Virus record (IMG/VR): IMGVR_UViG_3300031555_004524
Location: 160,001-224,000 of that record
Direction: 5' to 3' (one strand)
DNA length: 64,000 bases
From: a virus
Lineage: Duplodnaviria > Caudoviricetes
In this document: one piece after another, positions 59,924 to 64,000 of the stretch
How the letters are laid out: each line of letters begins with the position of its first letter
Numbering within the stretch: position 1 is the first letter of the stretch
The notes under the pieces: generated by a model
Told to the model about the DNA's origin: nothing
What the model saw: only the letters and a program-made list of their open reading frames with translations
Database searches by the model: none
Translations under genes and position numbers: made by a program

Positions 59924-59968
59924 TTTTTATAATATATAATTCAAAATGTATGAATATTCACCAACCGA

Positions 59969-59980
59969 AACATTCAGGTA
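59969..59980 (+). promoter_or_regulatory. late promoter AACA-N6-TA
   Basis: AACA TTCAGG TA. Confidence 0.75.
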
Positions 59981-60005
59981 AAGCATATAGCGAAAAACAG
60001 AAAGG

Positions 60006-61637
60006 ATGGTTATAATTATGGCACATTGGAATATACCACAGGGAAAATTATCAATAGATGAAATAATTAGAGACGGTGGATATTATGATATAGATGGAAT
60101 ATGGAATTCCATAGTTAAAGTTGGAGATAAAATATATAGAGGGAGAGTAGAAACTTTTGTATTTGATGGGGATAAAGTTTATTTAAGAAAATCAAAGAGT
60201 GGATATCACTATTCAATACCAGGTGGATCTTGGGATAAATATTTATCTCATCAAGATCAAGCACAAGCTGAAGTTAAAGAAGAAGCTAGAATATTATGTG
60301 AAAATATTCAGTATACAGGTATTACATATATAGATGAGCATGACAGACCAGAAAAACAGCAAGATGGTTATATATATTGGGATGGGAATTATAATGAAGT
60401 ATATGTAGCAGAGTATGCAGGTCCATATGTAGGAGAAATTCATCCATTAAACAAAGACAATAGATTTACAAAATATGGAGATTTTTATCCTATTAAAGAT
60501 ATTATTCCTATTCTAAATCCTCATCATAGAAAGATTTTTAAAGAATATGAAGAGTCAGAATGTGGGACGTCAATCAAAGAACAAGAAGAAATATCCTCAC
60601 AATCACAAGAATACATTGCACCGAACGATCAGAAAGAAAAATCCATACCAGTAGATTGGTTCATGCACTTGCAGCAATTATATAGAATATATAAGAATAC
60701 TAATTCTGCTGATATTAGACAGAAAATCATAAATTTAGGATGGAATCCAGAAATTGAACCTACAGAAGATGCTGTCAGACATTTTATGAATTCGGAAGAA
60801 AATCCTATCCCTGTATTGAATGATAATGAAATTAAAAAAGAATATCCTTTTGATGAAAGTGTAATACCATCTGAATGGTATGATTCTATATTAGAGGTAT
60901 GGGATACATATAAAAAGGATGATTCTATTGAAAATTTGGAATCATTATTAGAATTAGGATGGAATCCTGAAATAGAACCTAGCGTTGAGAATATAACTAA
61001 ACTACTAAGTCTTCAGGAAGCTAGAAAAAATCCAAAATATATTCATATTAATGAAAATATTATTATTGATAGTCCTAATTATATGGCTAATATAGATAAG
61101 TGGGAGAATGGTAAATCTAATATACTGCTTATTACTGGTTTAAGTGGATCTGGTAAATCGACTGCTGCATGGGCACTTGCGGAAGAGTATAAAGCTACAG
61201 CTATTCATTTAGATATGTTTCAGTGTTACTATAGATTTAAAGAAGAGGGGATCTCTAATAAATCTATGGAATATGTAGAAAAATATCTGAAACTTCATCC
61301 AGAAGCTAACAATATCGATTTTTCTGATATTAGATATAAAGAATTCGGTGCAATATTTAATAAATTTTTCTCATGGTTATTAAGTGAATTGAAGAAGGAT
61401 AAAAAGAATAAATATGTTGTAGAAGGTGCACATATAATGCTCTTTACAAGCTATAAATCTTTAGATAAATTACCTATAATATGTCTTGGAACTTCATTAA
61501 CTAAATCTACTATAAGAAGATGGGTTAGGGATAAATATAGTGCTTGGGAAATATTAAAATATGGTCCAGATGAGATAGTTTTATTTAATGATTGGGAAAA
61601 AGAATATAATACTTTTAAAGATAGCATAATATACTAA
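60006..61637 (+). CDS. multidomain protein: Nudix-like domain, two LGWNPEIEP repeats, P-loop kinase-like domain
   Basis: IPGGSWD...AQAEVKEEA; repeats; ITGLSGSGKST and YVVEG; start may be 60018. Confidence 0.75.
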   Translation: MVIIMAHWNIPQGKLSIDEIIRDGGYYDIDGIWNSIVKVGDKIYRGRVETFVFDGDKVYLRKSKSGYHYSIPGGSWDKYLSHQDQAQAEVKEEARILCENIQYTGITYIDEHDRPEKQQDGYIYWDGNYNEVYVAEYAGPYVGEIHPLNKDNRFTKYGDFYPIKDIIPILNPHHRKIFKEYEESECGTSIKEQEEISSQSQEYIAPNDQKEKSIPVDWFMHLQQLYRIYKNTNSADIRQKIINLGWNPEIEPTEDAVRHFMNSEENPIPVLNDNEIKKEYPFDESVIPSEWYDSILEVWDTYKKDDSIENLESLLELGWNPEIEPSVENITKLLSLQEARKNPKYIHINENIIIDSPNYMANIDKWENGKSNILLITGLSGSGKSTAAWALAEEYKATAIHLDMFQCYYRFKEEGISNKSMEYVEKYLKLHPEANNIDFSDIRYKEFGAIFNKFFSWLLSELKKDKKNKYVVEGAHIMLFTSYKSLDKLPIICLGTSLTKSTIRRWVRDKYSAWEILKYGPDEIVLFNDWEKEYNTFKDSIIY

Positions 61638-61675
61638 TATATTATATATCTAATATACACTTGAAAGGAGATATT

Positions 61676-63922
61676 ATGAGTAATATTATTTTAGAGCAAC
61701 TAGCTTCAGATGAAGATTTAATTTTAACTGCAGAGCAATTAAAAAAATCTTTGAGATTATTGAGAGATGATGGATTTTGTAAAAATATACTGCCAAGAGA
61801 CATTGAATCTGATAATGGAGGATGGTCTTTTGCAGAATATATTATAAATTCAGAAGATGATAAAATTGAAGTAGAAAAATATATTGAATACTGTAGAAGA
61901 TTAATAGAATCTACAATATATAGAGGAGAATTATCACATAACGTGATTAATAATAGATCTGGAATACTATATTTATTTCCAGAAAATACAAGATATTCTA
62001 ATAATGATATGGAATATTATAAAAGTGTATTTGGTGTTAGAGAAAATGCTGAATATATAGAAGAGGAAAATAAATCAGAATATAAATATAATGCGATAAA
62101 AAATAAAGATGATATAAATGATTTTTACAAATATTCTAAAGAAATTCTTAACGATGAAAATATTATGGATGAAAAAGATATCCGTAAATATATAAAGAAA
62201 ATATATTTTAAAAATACATTTATAGGATATATAGGACTTACAAATTGTGATGGAAAGAAAACTTCTAAAAAATATCTAGGTGTGCGTAGTTTTATGATAC
62301 TACCAGAATATCAAAGAATGGGTCATGGTGCAAACATTATTAACGATATAGTAGGAAGAAATAAAACAAAATATGATGAAATATTTTGTTGGGTAGAAAA
62401 AAATAATATAGGTGCTATCAATTTTTATCAGAAAATTGGAGATGTTTGGTTGGATAAGCTTTTTAAAAACAGATTATATTATGTAGTGCTATATAAAAAA
62501 TCCAATACAAATGTTTCAGAGAATTCTAATTTAACTAAATTCGCCTGGTATCATGCTGAAATTAAACGTGATGGATTTAATCCGAAGAAAGCTGGCGGAT
62601 GGGATGAAGAATTGTATAGTAAAGATATTGAATCTTGTATTCATAATGATATAGAATATAACTATCATTTTAAAGGTAAAGATAAAACTGAAGCATATTT
62701 ATATACAGCTGGAGAAGAATTATCCTCTGTATATCTTGGAAAAATTACTGTATATAGAACTGATAAAGGTGTTGATTGGGAATGGTCCGAACAAGAACCT
62801 ATTGATAGTAAGACTGTAGATTATCTAAAAAATGAAGTACAGAAACAATTATTAGAGAATGGTGATATTGAAGATGTAGAGGAATATGCTCCATCTAGTT
62901 TTATAAAACGTAGTTCAAAACCAGCTAAAAATCAGAAAGCCCATAAAAACTATTTAAAAAGAAAATCTAGAGGAAAAACAAATAATGCTACCGATCAAAA
63001 AGTTATGCCTAAATTTAATCAAATTGGTGAAGAAGCATTAACCTCTAAACAGAGAAATGGGTTAGATGATAATGATTTTGGAATTCCAGAATTGAGAAAA
63101 TATCCTATTCATGATAAGAAACATGTAGAACAGGCAGTAAAAATGTTTAATCATGTGGATAAAGAGTATGAGAAAATATTAGCAAAAAGATTATTAAAAG
63201 CTATGAGAAAATTTGGTGTATCTACTGATAGTATTGGAGAAAAGAATAGATTGAGATCATATATTTCTGAAACTTTTATATATGAGGCTGGCAAATCAAA
63301 GAAACCTATTAAACCAATATTTATTGTGAACTCCTTTACCAATACACCGTTTGGTAAAGTTATTAGTACATATACGCATAATAAATATAGTCATAGTGCT
63401 ATTTCATTCGATACCAGTTTAGAAACATTATATTCATTCAATGCAGATAATCAATCGAATATATTTGGTGGAATTTCAGTAGAATCTATTTCTGGATATA
63501 TTGATAAATACGAAAATTCATCTATACAAGTTAATTGTTTATTCGTAAAGGAATCTGATTACGAGATTATACGAGATGCTGTTAATACTATGATAGAAAA
63601 TAAAACGTCTACAGCGTATGGCTATAATAATCTTATAAATATTCTTTTAAATAAGTCTAAAGAGATGGGTCAAAATGCAATGAGTATGGTTTGTTCACAA
63701 TTTGTAAGTTATGTCTTAAGTAAAGCTGATATACACCTTACAGATAAAACTTCAAATTTAGTTACACCTAAAGATTTATCTACTATAGTTAATCCTAAAG
63801 TATACAAAGTATATGAAGGATATGCTAGATTATATAATAAATCAGCAATAGATAGAATGATGCGAAAAGTATCTAAAAATGCTACTGTTATAAAAGAATA
63901 TTCAATTAGACTAGATGATTAA
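61676..63922 (+). CDS. multidomain protein: GNAT acetyltransferase, DUF6582-like module, permuted papain-like (YaeF/YiiX) domain
   Basis: ILPEYQRMGHG..NIGAINFYQK; LTSKQRNGLDDNDFGIPELRKYPIHDKKHV; YSHSAI...VCSQFV; start at ATG after AAAGGAG. Confidence 0.75.
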   Translation: MSNIILEQLASDEDLILTAEQLKKSLRLLRDDGFCKNILPRDIESDNGGWSFAEYIINSEDDKIEVEKYIEYCRRLIESTIYRGELSHNVINNRSGILYLFPENTRYSNNDMEYYKSVFGVRENAEYIEEENKSEYKYNAIKNKDDINDFYKYSKEILNDENIMDEKDIRKYIKKIYFKNTFIGYIGLTNCDGKKTSKKYLGVRSFMILPEYQRMGHGANIINDIVGRNKTKYDEIFCWVEKNNIGAINFYQKIGDVWLDKLFKNRLYYVVLYKKSNTNVSENSNLTKFAWYHAEIKRDGFNPKKAGGWDEELYSKDIESCIHNDIEYNYHFKGKDKTEAYLYTAGEELSSVYLGKITVYRTDKGVDWEWSEQEPIDSKTVDYLKNEVQKQLLENGDIEDVEEYAPSSFIKRSSKPAKNQKAHKNYLKRKSRGKTNNATDQKVMPKFNQIGEEALTSKQRNGLDDNDFGIPELRKYPIHDKKHVEQAVKMFNHVDKEYEKILAKRLLKAMRKFGVSTDSIGEKNRLRSYISETFIYEAGKSKKPIKPIFIVNSFTNTPFGKVISTYTHNKYSHSAISFDTSLETLYSFNADNQSNIFGGISVESISGYIDKYENSSIQVNCLFVKESDYEIIRDAVNTMIENKTSTAYGYNNLINILLNKSKEMGQNAMSMVCSQFVSYVLSKADIHLTDKTSNLVTPKDLSTIVNPKVYKVYEGYARLYNKSAIDRMMRKVSKNATVIKEYSIRLDD

Positions 63923-63942
63923 TTTCATCTAGTCTTTTATTT
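63908..63942 (+). terminator. intrinsic terminator
   Basis: 11-bp inverted repeat with T-run. Confidence 0.75.
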
Positions 63943-63965
63943 TTTGTCATATAGCTATATAGGTA

Positions 63966-63977
63966 AACATTAAAATA
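63966..63977 (+). promoter_or_regulatory. late promoter AACA-N6-TA for gene beyond window
   Basis: AACA TTAAAA TA. Confidence 0.65.
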
Positions 63978-64000
63978 AGACATCAAATATAAACAGAAAG

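Noticed and set aside
1-64000. Stop-codon reassignment
   Set aside because: Standard code gives dense full-length genes; TAG and TGA end genes next to terminators or the next RBS
1-64000. CRISPR array, tRNA/rRNA genes, DGR or reverse transcriptase, transposase
   Set aside because: No repeat-spacer periodicity, cloverleaf, RT motif or terminal inverted repeats seen by eye

Overview
Very AT-rich, densely coding segment of a jumbo myophage of the phiKZ/AR9(PBS1)-like group, probably infecting a Firmicute (strong AGGAGG Shine-Dalgarno sites; SH3b, NlpC/P60 and lysozyme cell-wall domains). It encodes two subunits of a split multisubunit RNA polymerase (beta, 646-5586; beta' with DYDGD, 49654-51399; probably the virion enzyme), a 3594-aa tape-measure-like protein with C39-like, lysozyme and NlpC/P60 domains, baseplate genes, a block of paralogous inner-head proteins, carbohydrate-binding tail appendages, a RusA-like resolvase, a PC4-like protein and multi-domain effector proteins. 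About 20 intergenic copies of an AR9-type late promoter (AACA-N6-TA), several early-type (T/C)ATATTAT boxes and many intrinsic hairpins define the transcription units. The most novel signals are: (i) two ORF-less units bounded by a late promoter and a hairpin (7837-8340 +; 401-190 -) that fold into structured RNAs and display U-rich UUUUCAUU loops complementary to purine-run + AUG AAA translation starts; (ii) a probable programmed -1 frameshift (T TTT TTA, 52013-52019) extending the hub/tail-chaperone gene; (iii) tail appendages with degenerate esterase and deacetylase active sites; (iv) G-[K/R]-G linkers around the tape-measure enzyme domains. All family calls are from motif recognition by eye; no searches were run.
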